Position numbers and translations under genes: made by a program
Source: a virus
Lineage: Duplodnaviria; Caudoviricetes
IMG/VR virus record: IMGVR_UViG_3300013426_000025
Coordinates: 1 to 64,000 of that record
DNA length: 64,000 nt
Reading direction: 5' to 3' (one strand)
The notes under the pieces: generated by a model
The model's input: only the letters and a program-made list of their open reading frames with translations
Databases searched by the model: none
Told to the model about the DNA's origin: nothing
Shown: positions 23,101-33,397 of the stretch, piece after piece
Layout of the letters: each line of letters starts with the position of its first letter
How positions within the stretch are numbered: the first letter of the stretch is position 1

Positions 23101-24144
23101 TTTTGATTTAGACTCTAAATCTTTTAATTTCCTATTTAGTATAACAACTGCTTTGGCAGCAGCATCTGAAAGGCTTTTTATCTTTTGTCCTAACACAATA
23201 GTGCTTGTACTGTTAATACCATACTTTTTGTGTAATTCATTGATGGTTTTTAGTATACCTTTAGTTTCAGTATCTTCTTGGTTATTTTCAATATCCTTAT
23301 TTATCTCTGCTATTTTAGCACCATTATATTTTTTACCAGTATTAATAGAAGAGTCTAACAAAGACAGTGCTTGTGCTGTTAGAGGAGTTCCAATACCTTT
23401 AATATGATTATAATAAGCCTCTGCTGCACTCTTTAAAGAACCATACTTACTTATAAGTCTTGATTTTTGTTCATCTGATGCAAAGTTTAATAAAAGCTCT
23501 ACATCACCTTGCATTAATAAAAAGTTCTTTGTTTTTGCAAGAGATTCCATCCATGACAGAGATGATTTGATATTGGTAATATCAAACAAAGATGGGAAGT
23601 TTTGGATTAAGTCTTCAAAATCAATACCATATTTATTAAATGCTGCTTTAAGGTATTCAAGCGTTGATTTGGCTTTTTCCATAGACCTGTTTTTATAAAC
23701 AGTTTGAGAGTTTCTGTCTACTACACTAATACTATAACCAGTACCATTTTTATAAGCAAATGCTATAAATCCTTTTGAGTTACTATTATAGTCATTAACT
23801 CTATCTAATACTTCTTTACCGTCATCATATATGATTGTATTTCCACTTGTATCTTTTGCTCCTGCAAGTCTTTCTTGAGTATTTTTATTAACTCTTTCGT
23901 GAAGTATCTTTGATACTTCAAAAAATTTATAGACGTCTTGGGGAGAGTGTTCCCCAAGACTGTCTCTTTTATATCCAAGTGAGTCCATTTTCTCAGCAAC
24001 TCCTGGTTGAAGATATGCTGCATAAATATAATTCACTGTGTTTCTGTCACCCTTTAAGTTAGGATTATTAGCCAAGCCTTTATACAGATTACTTGGTTTG
24101 TTAGTATCTTTAACTTTGGGCCATAAAATACAACTATCTGCCAT
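20173..24144 (-). CDS. Large virion cargo/ejection protein (third of three giant genes)
   Basis: About 1323 aa, coiled coils and C-terminal hydrophobic helices; follows the vRNAP as in crAss-like phages; ATG 24144 (MADSC) preferred. Confidence 0.7.
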   Translation of the reverse strand: MADSCILWPKVKDTNKPSNLYKGLANNPNLKGDRNTVNYIYAAYLQPGVAEKMDSLGYKRDSLGEHSPQDVYKFFEVSKILHERVNKNTQERLAGAKDTSGNTIIYDDGKEVLDRVNDYNSNSKGFIAFAYKNGTGYSISVVDRNSQTVYKNRSMEKAKSTLEYLKAAFNKYGIDFEDLIQNFPSLFDITNIKSSLSWMESLAKTKNFLLMQGDVELLLNFASDEQKSRLISKYGSLKSAAEAYYNHIKGIGTPLTAQALSLLDSSINTGKKYNGAKIAEINKDIENNQEDTETKGILKTINELHKKYGINSTSTIVLGQKIKSLSDAAAKAVVILNRKLKDLESKSKVDKEQTDKLKETIKEMVDEINGNRYASSVLKFLGSVLDEINSIDDVLNNIEGVEGTKEYNYNMAAAVMKATSIIESYSSLLDELSVLDSKVIDEDINPDMKEGIINQAKSLYDELRKKVADVEVMKESTMLGILTDIFGDNMPDGRDVTTLLTAARQDASIMDFLFAYSRCSNPIIAAMGGITRKAQDERNQMMADYSARIQKATDKLRKAGHFNTKWMYSWDEDGNATIISPYNWGAFNAARIAFKKECMKRGIHGQALKDAMEEDYKNMTQEVVVDEKTGRTERVPIDDFRYEDGEEGNPFTHLDEAQKEYYDTIMQIKAELGSLLPEYAQDQYLPPQVRRELSDVPLKELPKSIWERFKNYWKREGDEEVLTKNVIFANDEKFMPVEGVADDTVKKQIPIFYTKKVNQDELLLDFSGALSNLARTATNYYCMNKVLDVVRFMGDFVASTPISEQRFDVGTGETVNSYKTTIIQRLFKHAKGTNTQSLVEGLLDTQYFNIKLKNANKWYIKYLKSLMNYTSLRTLSTNVFGAASNAMAGEYQMLLEALGRENMNVGDLLWAQGVMFGNKVTNAPGKMMDVILNNTTSFETLLANRFDPISDKYEDLGRKRFDYNPARKLFRESNAFALYGMGENLIHYTVMYAILHHEKVLINGKEQSLYKALKKSDKVDGNNELELVDGVTTLEGKPLTDIHDEFFDGVKRKIRQANQECHGAMSQEERGAISQYMTGRLVMQMRQWMVEHYSRRYRTLHYDGTSDTWREGWWVTAYKNYIKGTFNDAEKMSAKARITFRAMKDVIDEYNREKEHRTLSDSAFKSLEQQAQLARMRRANIRKFWNELGTLALLLALSSLIIGGSDDYEDEDWFTRFNIYLIKRLTTEAIAATPVGVITEAKNIVKNPVASLTTASGLLYPIIGLGDLDKEYETGKYAGENVYVHKVLYKTVPWYKDYRYVGNFMEGDNTLVKWFDPNYQLTR

Positions 24145-24146
24145 AA

Positions 24147-27100
24147 TTAACAATATTTTTTAGCCTGTTTTCTAATAGTAGCATCTGATATTTCCAGACC
24201 TTGCTCCTTTGCTATATTTTGAATCGTATCTAATATTTCTTTTTCTCTTTTTCCACTTTCTTTTGAAAGATTACTTTTTAAATCAATCATACCAATATCT
24301 TCCAAAGTTTTTAGTATTTTTGAGATTTGTGTTTCTTCATTTGTTTCTGCAACATTTTCAGAGTTGTCAATATCTTCAACTTCAGCATTTTGCTTATTTA
24401 TAATACCTGTTGGCTGTTCTTCTTCAGCAAAGTGTTCCCATGCTTCTTCCTCTTTCAGTACTTCAGCATCTTTTTCTTTAAGTGCAGAATTTTTAATTTC
24501 GTCTACACTCATTTCCATAAACTCTCCTTTATTACCTAGTTTTGTAAGAGGTGCAAATATTGCTCCTGTAATTCTTCTATTACTATAAACATCAGAGATT
24601 TTTTTCCACAAAGTATCATCGGCACTATTCACAAAGTATGGTAATTTATAATTAGCATGAAATAGCAAACCTTTTTCATCAGGTTCTGTTTTTACTTTCA
24701 CTCTTGGTACTATTGATTTGTCATGCCAATTATTTTGTACAAATTGGTCTAACATCACTGTATCGTCATATAATGAAAAATCGCCCCTAAAAGTAGTAAC
24801 ATATCCAGGTATCATCTCTTTAAGTTGTACAGGAAGCAAATTCATAAAGGTTTTAGGTGAAAATCCTATACCTCCTTTAAAGAAATTATATTTGAACAAA
24901 CTAATTGCAAGTTTTTTCCCTTCTTCTCCTGACTTGTACAAATCAATCCAAGCACTGCTAAGTTTATCCTTAACTGACTGGTCAAGACCTGTAGTATCAA
25001 TCCTTAAGAAAGGTCTACCACTATTACTGTCAGTATTTACTCTCATAGATTGTATAAGAAAGTTATCTTTAAATTTGTCCTTATACCCTCTCTTGATGAA
25101 GTATTTTGGAAATTGTTCTACAAAGGCACCACATTCACTATAATCAATGCATCCAGATTGTACAAGTAAATACGATTGGAAGAAATCACTAAGTTTACCA
25201 AATGCTTTTCTGTCTCTTAGTAACCTCTTCTTAAATGAATCTGGTATTCTATTAAACATTCTTCTGAAGGTATTACTATTGGCAGGCAATTTATTTCCAA
25301 ATAAATTCCTTGCTATACCAAGAGTTCTCATAAAATTATTTAATATAGGATGCATTTCTGCTACAGAATCTGCTGTTATAACAGTTTTACCATCCCCAAG
25401 TGTAACATAATCAGATGTATCTAATAATTTTTCTTCTGTAATAAGATTATCAAGAATCAATGGTCCTACAGCACTACTGATGGAATTAAACCTTGTAACA
25501 AATGAAGGCATTTTTAATTGCTGAGCCACTTTACTAAGTCTTGAATAAGCAAGTAAAATTTTGTAATTAATTTTATCATCTCCTTCTTTAATACTTTGTA
25601 TAATCTCTTCCCTTGTAAGAGGTTCATTGTCTATCTTTGAAGTGTCTCCTATTTTCTCAGCATATTTTTGTAACATTATATCTACAATGTTATTAAAATA
25701 AAGACTGGGGTTTTCAAGAGATTTAATACTATAGTTTTTTAGTGCTCTTGTTATAACATTAGAAGATAATAGTAAAGCAGCATCTTCAAATGGTAAACCC
25801 ATTCTGATAGCAGCATTTAGTACATTTACTGTATTAACGTTAATGTTCATAAGGTTTAGTATAGGGTCTTTTACAGCATCAGCCGCACTTGCTACCAAAC
25901 TACCTAATATCTTTCCTATATATTCTCCATTAATATTCTTCTGAGCATCAATCTCCATACCATTAATAAACTCAAGACCACAAATACTATATTTAATAGG
26001 ATTTTGATAGTCTAAATCGAATAATGCTTCAGCATTAAGCCTCAGGTAATTACTTTCAAGAGTTGCATGTGCTACTTTTGCTACAGCAAAAATAGATAGA
26101 ATAGAGCCTGCCACACTATTTTGTTTATAGAATTGAACGTGGGTATCTATGAAACTAAGGTTTTTCTCAGTGTAACAAGCCTCCTTTAAATCATAAATAC
26201 TCATTTTCTGTAAAGTGTCCCAATCATACCCCATTCTATATGCTTGTACCATATAGCCTGTTCTCTTCTGTTGGTCAAAACCTCCTGGATTAAGAAGTTT
26301 ATCGGTAGTGTCTTCATGTGTTAGTACACTTAAAGACATATCTATTATTTTATTATTTCTGTATCTTCTACCTTCTGTTGGTTTTTTAACTTCAAAAGCA
26401 ATTTTTCTATACTCTCTTGCTATATCAGGAAAAGTTGTCACTGCCTTTCTTTCATCTGTACCTATTTGATTTAAAAACATCTTAATATCATCACGTTTAG
26501 ACTTACCTAATTTGTCTATCAAAATGTCAGCAATTTCTTTATTTTTCTTTCTAAATATAGGTAAATCTTTACGCATAATATACATTTTGTCCACATCGTA
26601 GTCACTACCTGTAATTGTAGTAATCTCATAGGGCATCATAATACCCTCACCAGCTTCTCTTGGCATAAATCCTACGATCTTACAAGGAGCACAACTATAT
26701 TTATCCTCAGTAGGGATTCTATAAGTAACCAAATCAAGTAATTCTGGGCTTGTTGCTTCTACTGCTTTAATATCAATATTGCCATTTTCATCCATAAATT
26801 GTAACAATTCGTCACTATATATAGGAGCAAACACTTCATAATAAGCAACCCCTGCTTGGTTCTCTTTTACATATTCTTCATAAGACTGATTCTGTTTTGT
26901 TAATTCAGATAAAATATTGTCCCTAAAATTAAGTGCGTCATCATAACCTGTTTCCCCATCAAATTCCTTTACAGAACTTAATTCTATTGAATCAAATTTT
27001 CCAAAGTTTTCTATTGAATTGTCTGTCTTTAAAGACATAGCTGCAACTCCTTTTACTGATAGGTTAGGATTATTTTCTTTCCATTCCTTATATTCAGTTG

Positions 27101-30100
27101 GAGCATAATCTGCGTTAAAAGGTGTTACAGCATCAGCAGTAAAACCAAAATCTGCATACAAGACAGGAAGACCTCCCAATACTGTACCACTATCATTGCT
27201 ATAGGAGATATAGTAACAATCTAATTTCTTACCACCAGCCGCAATTGCCATCTGCATTAATTTATTAAGTCTGTGGTCATGTTTAACAGCACTAAACACA
27301 GATATAATATCTCCATCTTTAGTGATGGCAATTCCTGCTTTACCATCTTCAGTCAATAAACACAAATCATTTTCATAATCAGCTGCTTCATGTACATCTA
27401 CTATCCAACCATTTTGATTCTCTTTTTTACAAGATTTAATAGCATTATGAAAATCAACAGCAGATGCTTTTTTTACAGGTTGTTTTGTTGAGGGTATGCC
27501 TCTCTTGGAGAGTTCTTTATCTAAAGCATCACTAACTAAATCCACCTGTCTTGATACATCAGAATCTGCTTTATCATCTGATTCTATAATATCTTTAACT
27601 ATCTCACTAACAATTGGCTTTAGATAGTCTGGAGTATAACTTAATAATGTATAAGCCAAATCACCAAATTCTATAATATCCACACCAGCATAGTCATTTA
27701 AAAGATTTAAGGCTTCACTTACTGCATAAGTTGTAAGAAAGTTATCTCTTTTCGCTTTGTCTTTATTCTGCAAAAGAGCACGTTGATTCTCACTAAGGTC
27801 TACAAGCTTTACTTGTACCCTATCAACATTAATAAGATGTTTGTATCTTTGTACAAGTTCATCTGATAATTTCGGAATAACAACTTGATTATATGTTCCT
27901 TCTTTTTTGACTATATTTTTTTGCCAATTAATTTTAAAGGGATTAGGCTTACTTGCTTTCTTAAGAGATGTTTTCTTTTTTTCTTTTTCAAATTGACTTC
28001 TGGTCTTAAGAAGTTTGCCATTTTTATCCTTAAAAACAATATTAAGTTGTCTTGATGTACCAAAGTTACTGACTTGTACTACAGGACCGCCTGCTATTTT
28101 TTGCTTATTAATTCTATTTTTTATTATAGAGTTAATAAGTTGCTCTACTCTCTTGGATTGTACTGGGTCTCCTAATGGTATTCTAAATTCACCATCTTCA
28201 TTTAAAGAACAAGCCAAAAGCAAATCTACACCATATCTTGGAGAAGATAGTATTTCTCTCTTTAATACAGCAGATAATGCTTGGTTTCTTTCCAAAGGTG
28301 TGCCTGTAAGGTTCAACTCTCTTGCTAATTGGTCTATACTATCTTGTATATTCTCTGCAATGGTTTCCTCGTATTCTCTTCTAAATTCTTCTGCTGATAA
28401 ATTTCTGCCTTCTACACTATAAGTAGTATTTGGATTTAAATCTGATGGTATAATCATTCTTATTTGAGAACCATGTGCTTGCTCATGGTTTTTAAAATGC
28501 TCAGGTACCTCTTGTTGTATGCAATAATCTGTAAAGTCTGATTCGTGTACATAAATGTCATTGTACTTACCATCTTTATATATCCTATCATTAATATAAT
28601 CAATTGCTGCTCTTGTACCATCTTTCATGTTTAAGAAGGGTACTAAATCTAATGGGGCAGACAATCCTGCTTTAGTAGTAGACTCAAATTGTATAGTATC
28701 AATACCTTTGTCATACCCACCTTTTGTCATACTTTGTTCCATGACTGCATATAAAGCACCAAGAAGATTAGGTTTACCTGTATTTTCTCCACTAATAATT
28801 GCATCAGCCATCATAAGTAGGTACTCAGAATTTTTATACTGATAGTTTACTTTCATATTCTGTAAAGGAGCATCCTCTACTCTTGTAGAAACCACTGTAC
28901 TGGAGAATACAAAAGGTTTAAGAGGCTGAAAAGCAAACTGTAAGTCTTGATACTTATAATCACCACTCCTTAATTTTTTGTAAATCTCTTCAGAATGTCT
29001 ATCCCATTTACCAAACATAAACATCTTTTTTCTTAAAGAAGATGGACTAGAATAACCTTCAGCATCTGCAACATTAACTTCTTCGTAACTTTCGATAATC
29101 TTATCAAAAGTTTCCTTGGCTGCAATATAGTTAGGGTCATCCCCATCCATTTCAGCAAGTTTTCTATCAAAGATAACTCTAAGGTTATCTATAATATTTG
29201 ATTTATAACTATCAAAATCTTTAAGAATAATAGTTCTAAATCTACCATCAGAAACTCTTTTACCATCAAAGTCTGTTGCTTCTATATTTGCTCTAATACC
29301 AGGAGAATGAACTTGAGCCATTCTCTTTTGTTCATCCTCTGTGTCTTCGTAATAAGCCTTATCTGTAATAAGCAATTCAGATATATTAGTTGTGGCAAGG
29401 AAGTCATTCCAAATGAAGTTTCTAAGACTTTCTTCTATGTTTGCAACATCAATGTTTTTAATTCTCTTTGCTGCCTCCATAGTACCATTAGTCTTCCACT
29501 CCTTTAATATAGAGTCTGCTCTAAGGTCCATTTCCTTTGCAATAGTCTCTAAAGCAAGTTTGTTAAGTTTTGCTTCATTTACTTCTTTACCTTCAACTTT
29601 ATCATTTATCAATTTACCTAATTCACTACCGTTATTTCTATACTTTTCTATAAAATCCAAGAAACAGAATTTGTCTCCTCTCTTTGTATCAAAATTTTTA
29701 ATAAGAACATCTGAACCCTTGCTGTAGTTTTCCTTTCTAAGTTTTACTGTTTGTATTCTGCTTAACTCCTGGTCAAATACAAGTTTTAAAGCCTTAGTGA
29801 TATTATTCTTATAATTTGCACCTCTGTAACTATAGAATTTAATAAACTCAGAAGAAGGTTTGTTAGATAGCATGGGCACTCTAAACCAAGCAGGTACTAA
29901 TGACTCCGATTGTTTAGTAGTTTCTCTCCAGTATTCAGTAAGAATAGATAAAGTACATTCAATATCATCCATTGCTTTATCTCCTTTGCTGTGCATATAT
30001 CCATGACCATTGAAAGTAAGATTTACTTTATGTTCAAATATTCTTGCTGCTTCAGGGTCAGTAGCAAGCAATTGTAACATTGAGTTTCTCCAACCTCTTG

Positions 30101-33100
30101 TTAGATTATCATTACCATTTGCACCATCTCTGTCTTTATATCTAAACCAATCTATTTGCCCATACTCATCATTTAACCATTTATTAAAATCAGATAATTT
30201 TGTTGGGTCATTAGGGTCAATATTCCTTGATTTTCTAAAATTCTGAAACAACTTAGTAAGATATGAAGGTATTGTATAGGTTTGATACATTTTACCATTA
30301 GTATAGAACGAGGAAGGTATTGTATTCTCTATTTTATCTGTTATTGGTGTTATTAACTTTCCTATATTACCAATAATACCATTATCTGAAACTTTACCTG
30401 AAAAAGGATTCCATTTTTCATTCTTCTTATTCTTCTCTAATGCTTTTATAATATAACCTATAAGGTTGTTACTATTATGGAATACATCTTTATCAAGTAC
30501 TGATAGAACATCTTCTTTTACTGTAGGGTAACCCATACCAGATATTACCTGAGCAAGTTTATCTGCTATTTCTTCAGCAGTATCTGCTGAATATGTAGTA
30601 TGAGTAAGTTCATCATGCAGTTTTATAATCTCTTGTAAGGTTGCTTCATTAACAGAACCACTAGAAGTAAATAAAGGATGTTCTCCTATATTATATAATG
30701 CTGTAATAGCCCTTTTTGCATCACTTAAAGCAGGGGCTGAGTTAGCAGGAATACTTACTAAAGAACCGTCTGCATTTTTGATTATATCATATAATTGCAC
30801 ATATTTACTAAATACACCAAAGAACTGAGATTGAAATACTGTTTCATCTCCTGTTTTATCTTTTAATCTTGGAAGTATCTGTTTTAACCATGGGTTTTTA
30901 TCTGCCTGTGCTTCAAGTTTTTCTATCATAGTAGAAAGGTTAACACTTCCTTGTACCCATTTAAGAATACTATTTGTGCACTCTCTTGCATCAAGTCTGT
31001 CATATAAGCCCCATCTGTCAACTTTAAAAGAACCATCGGGGTTTGTTTTGTAACATTGCAATAATGCTTGTTTTACAATTTGAGACATACTTTGAAGTAC
31101 ATCTAAAGTTCTACTATCTACTTGCCAAGATTCTTGTGTATCTCCCTCAAGTTCTGCTACTGCATCTTTGTCTTCCTTATCTTCGTTAGGATTAAGTTCA
31201 GACATGTCTACTTCTTCTGCTTTAGCATTACCATTACTATCTATTTTAATTCCAAATCCTTCTACAGCAGCAAATTCTACTATACCTAATTGTATTAAAG
31301 CATCAAAATTATCATAGAGTAAGTCTGCTACATCATAGTCATCTTCTGTTATATTAGGATTTCTACCTTCTCCTGTTTCCTCATCTAATTCATAACTAAA
31401 TAACTCATCTCTACAAAAATTGATAACATTCCTAATACCTAATTTTTGAAGTAATTCAAGTCTTGACATACTATCTATATCTTCAAGGTCTTTTTCTGTA
31501 ACAAGACCATTAGTTACAGTAGCAGCAAGTCTTGGGTTCTGTTGTATTTGAGTTAAGGTATCAGATAATTTATATGTTACTTTTCTTGACAATTCATTTA
31601 CTTCAGAAGAAGTAATTGGAGAATTAGTATCAGTAAGACTATTTATCTGTTGTGTTAATCTGTCTTCTACAACTCCCTCATTAAATGTATCAAATTTTTG
31701 TTCCTCTTCATAATCAATCTTACTATCTTGTTCTTGTAAAGCATTATCTGATATAATATCTGCTTTCGTTCTATTATTAATGTAATTAATAGTGTTTAGC
31801 TGTTCTCTAGTAAAAGGTTTTCTTTCCTGTTTAAAAGCAACTGGAATAGTTTTTCTTACACTTATAAAAGCATGTTTTTGATTTGTTACGGGATAATGAA
31901 TACTAAAATTAGATATATCATCATCATTAGCAGCAATCAAAGGTCTAAAATCTTCTCTTATAAGGTTTTCAATATCCTTATGAGATAATTCACTTTTATA
32001 AATACTGACAGGAATTTCTATCTTGTATTCCCCATCTTCTTTTTTGAGGGTAAATCTCCTTAATCCTCTGTCCTTACTAATTCTGATTTGTTCTAATATA
32101 GATTCACGCCTTTTAACTAGAGCTTCTTCTATTTTTTCTCTTCCTTTTGTATAAGAAGAAGCATTGGATTCACCTATTTCACCCTTATCTATATGTAAAC
32201 TGATTGTAGATATTGCTTTTTCAAGGTAAGTACCATTAATGTCTTTACCCAAGTATTTAGATAAAAATTGCTTAAGTTTATTATACAACTTAGAAAGAAT
32301 TGAAGTCTTTTTATCTGTTTTTATATTAGACAAAGTGTCTTGTAATATAGGATTAGTCATCACATTGGCGATAAACTCTTTTACATGCTTTGCTCTCCCT
32401 TCTAAAGTATCAATGTTATAGCCGTAATCAATAAACAGATTATGGTTATTATTTAAATCTGTTATTATATCCCAAACATCATTTACAAATTTAGTTTCTT
32501 CTTTACTTCCTTTGTTTAATATAACATTATCTACAGCATTTGCTGTTACTGTATGTACTAATTCGTGTGCTATAATATAATCGATTCTCTTACTATCTAT
32601 AGATACAAGTTTAGGATTATAATTGAGATATACCACCTTACCTTGTATTCCCACATTCATTGTACTTTCAAGATTATCTACAGGAGTTATAGTAATTGAA
32701 TATCCTGTTTTCTCTAACTTATTAATAATTTGCTGAGACAATTCATTGACATAAGATTTCCTGTCAGTATTATCTTCAATGTTTGTAGTTATTTTTGAGG
32801 TAGGTTTTGTTTCTACACCACTATCAACATGATGTTTATTGTTGTACTCTTTTATAGAATTTTTGATTGCCTGCTTGAAATTATTAATACTTTGTGATAC
32901 AGAGCCTTTGTCTGTACTATAATTAGTATTTATATTTCTTCCTTGTAAAGTAGTTATCTCACTTTCGTAAAAATCCCTGTTAGCACTAATTTTTTCAGTA
33001 TTCAATACAGGTCTTGTGACAAGTACTTGATATTTGCCATCTTTAGTTTCTTTTATTATTACTGACCTTTTATCAAACCATTGTAGTGCTTCTGTATATT

Positions 33101-33395
33101 CTTTCTGTGCTTCTTGTAATGTGTCTTTTATAATAGGTTTGCTATAATTTTTATCCCAAAACTCAACAACTGTATTATCATAAACAGTAGATGCGGGGGC
33201 AAAATAATGCCCCTGCACATACTGTTCTGATGGGAAAGGTAGTTCACCTCTTTCAAATAATTCTTGATTTTCTGGTAAACTCTGATATTCTTGTAATATC
33301 AACTCTAAATCTCCAGAAGTCATATTAAACATATCAAGCATATCTTGATATTCTTTAGACTTCTTTTGTAAAGATGTTACACAATTTGTCTTCAT
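24147..33395 (-). CDS. Virion-packaged DNA-dependent RNA polymerase (crAss-type) with zincin and GNAT-like domains
   Basis: RIPTEDKYS and catalytic GSDYDVDK (DxDxD at 26589-26603); HELVH at 32553-32567; about 3082 aa from ATG 33395. Confidence 0.9.
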   Translation of the reverse strand: MKTNCVTSLQKKSKEYQDMLDMFNMTSGDLELILQEYQSLPENQELFERGELPFPSEQYVQGHYFAPASTVYDNTVVEFWDKNYSKPIIKDTLQEAQKEYTEALQWFDKRSVIIKETKDGKYQVLVTRPVLNTEKISANRDFYESEITTLQGRNINTNYSTDKGSVSQSINNFKQAIKNSIKEYNNKHHVDSGVETKPTSKITTNIEDNTDRKSYVNELSQQIINKLEKTGYSITITPVDNLESTMNVGIQGKVVYLNYNPKLVSIDSKRIDYIIAHELVHTVTANAVDNVILNKGSKEETKFVNDVWDIITDLNNNHNLFIDYGYNIDTLEGRAKHVKEFIANVMTNPILQDTLSNIKTDKKTSILSKLYNKLKQFLSKYLGKDINGTYLEKAISTISLHIDKGEIGESNASSYTKGREKIEEALVKRRESILEQIRISKDRGLRRFTLKKEDGEYKIEIPVSIYKSELSHKDIENLIREDFRPLIAANDDDISNFSIHYPVTNQKHAFISVRKTIPVAFKQERKPFTREQLNTINYINNRTKADIISDNALQEQDSKIDYEEEQKFDTFNEGVVEDRLTQQINSLTDTNSPITSSEVNELSRKVTYKLSDTLTQIQQNPRLAATVTNGLVTEKDLEDIDSMSRLELLQKLGIRNVINFCRDELFSYELDEETGEGRNPNITEDDYDVADLLYDNFDALIQLGIVEFAAVEGFGIKIDSNGNAKAEEVDMSELNPNEDKEDKDAVAELEGDTQESWQVDSRTLDVLQSMSQIVKQALLQCYKTNPDGSFKVDRWGLYDRLDARECTNSILKWVQGSVNLSTMIEKLEAQADKNPWLKQILPRLKDKTGDETVFQSQFFGVFSKYVQLYDIIKNADGSLVSIPANSAPALSDAKRAITALYNIGEHPLFTSSGSVNEATLQEIIKLHDELTHTTYSADTAEEIADKLAQVISGMGYPTVKEDVLSVLDKDVFHNSNNLIGYIIKALEKNKKNEKWNPFSGKVSDNGIIGNIGKLITPITDKIENTIPSSFYTNGKMYQTYTIPSYLTKLFQNFRKSRNIDPNDPTKLSDFNKWLNDEYGQIDWFRYKDRDGANGNDNLTRGWRNSMLQLLATDPEAARIFEHKVNLTFNGHGYMHSKGDKAMDDIECTLSILTEYWRETTKQSESLVPAWFRVPMLSNKPSSEFIKFYSYRGANYKNNITKALKLVFDQELSRIQTVKLRKENYSKGSDVLIKNFDTKRGDKFCFLDFIEKYRNNGSELGKLINDKVEGKEVNEAKLNKLALETIAKEMDLRADSILKEWKTNGTMEAAKRIKNIDVANIEESLRNFIWNDFLATTNISELLITDKAYYEDTEDEQKRMAQVHSPGIRANIEATDFDGKRVSDGRFRTIILKDFDSYKSNIIDNLRVIFDRKLAEMDGDDPNYIAAKETFDKIIESYEEVNVADAEGYSSPSSLRKKMFMFGKWDRHSEEIYKKLRSGDYKYQDLQFAFQPLKPFVFSSTVVSTRVEDAPLQNMKVNYQYKNSEYLLMMADAIISGENTGKPNLLGALYAVMEQSMTKGGYDKGIDTIQFESTTKAGLSAPLDLVPFLNMKDGTRAAIDYINDRIYKDGKYNDIYVHESDFTDYCIQQEVPEHFKNHEQAHGSQIRMIIPSDLNPNTTYSVEGRNLSAEEFRREYEETIAENIQDSIDQLARELNLTGTPLERNQALSAVLKREILSSPRYGVDLLLACSLNEDGEFRIPLGDPVQSKRVEQLINSIIKNRINKQKIAGGPVVQVSNFGTSRQLNIVFKDKNGKLLKTRSQFEKEKKKTSLKKASKPNPFKINWQKNIVKKEGTYNQVVIPKLSDELVQRYKHLINVDRVQVKLVDLSENQRALLQNKDKAKRDNFLTTYAVSEALNLLNDYAGVDIIEFGDLAYTLLSYTPDYLKPIVSEIVKDIIESDDKADSDVSRQVDLVSDALDKELSKRGIPSTKQPVKKASAVDFHNAIKSCKKENQNGWIVDVHEAADYENDLCLLTEDGKAGIAITKDGDIISVFSAVKHDHRLNKLMQMAIAAGGKKLDCYYISYSNDSGTVLGGLPVLYADFGFTADAVTPFNADYAPTEYKEWKENNPNLSVKGVAAMSLKTDNSIENFGKFDSIELSSVKEFDGETGYDDALNFRDNILSELTKQNQSYEEYVKENQAGVAYYEVFAPIYSDELLQFMDENGNIDIKAVEATSPELLDLVTYRIPTEDKYSCAPCKIVGFMPREAGEGIMMPYEITTITGSDYDVDKMYIMRKDLPIFRKKNKEIADILIDKLGKSKRDDIKMFLNQIGTDERKAVTTFPDIAREYRKIAFEVKKPTEGRRYRNNKIIDMSLSVLTHEDTTDKLLNPGGFDQQKRTGYMVQAYRMGYDWDTLQKMSIYDLKEACYTEKNLSFIDTHVQFYKQNSVAGSILSIFAVAKVAHATLESNYLRLNAEALFDLDYQNPIKYSICGLEFINGMEIDAQKNINGEYIGKILGSLVASAADAVKDPILNLMNINVNTVNVLNAAIRMGLPFEDAALLLSSNVITRALKNYSIKSLENPSLYFNNIVDIMLQKYAEKIGDTSKIDNEPLTREEIIQSIKEGDDKINYKILLAYSRLSKVAQQLKMPSFVTRFNSISSAVGPLILDNLITEEKLLDTSDYVTLGDGKTVITADSVAEMHPILNNFMRTLGIARNLFGNKLPANSNTFRRMFNRIPDSFKKRLLRDRKAFGKLSDFFQSYLLVQSGCIDYSECGAFVEQFPKYFIKRGYKDKFKDNFLIQSMRVNTDSNSGRPFLRIDTTGLDQSVKDKLSSAWIDLYKSGEEGKKLAISLFKYNFFKGGIGFSPKTFMNLLPVQLKEMIPGYVTTFRGDFSLYDDTVMLDQFVQNNWHDKSIVPRVKVKTEPDEKGLLFHANYKLPYFVNSADDTLWKKISDVYSNRRITGAIFAPLTKLGNKGEFMEMSVDEIKNSALKEKDAEVLKEEEAWEHFAEEEQPTGIINKQNAEVEDIDNSENVAETNEETQISKILKTLEDIGMIDLKSNLSKESGKREKEILDTIQNIAKEQGLEISDATIRKQAKKYC

Positions 33396-33397
33396 AT

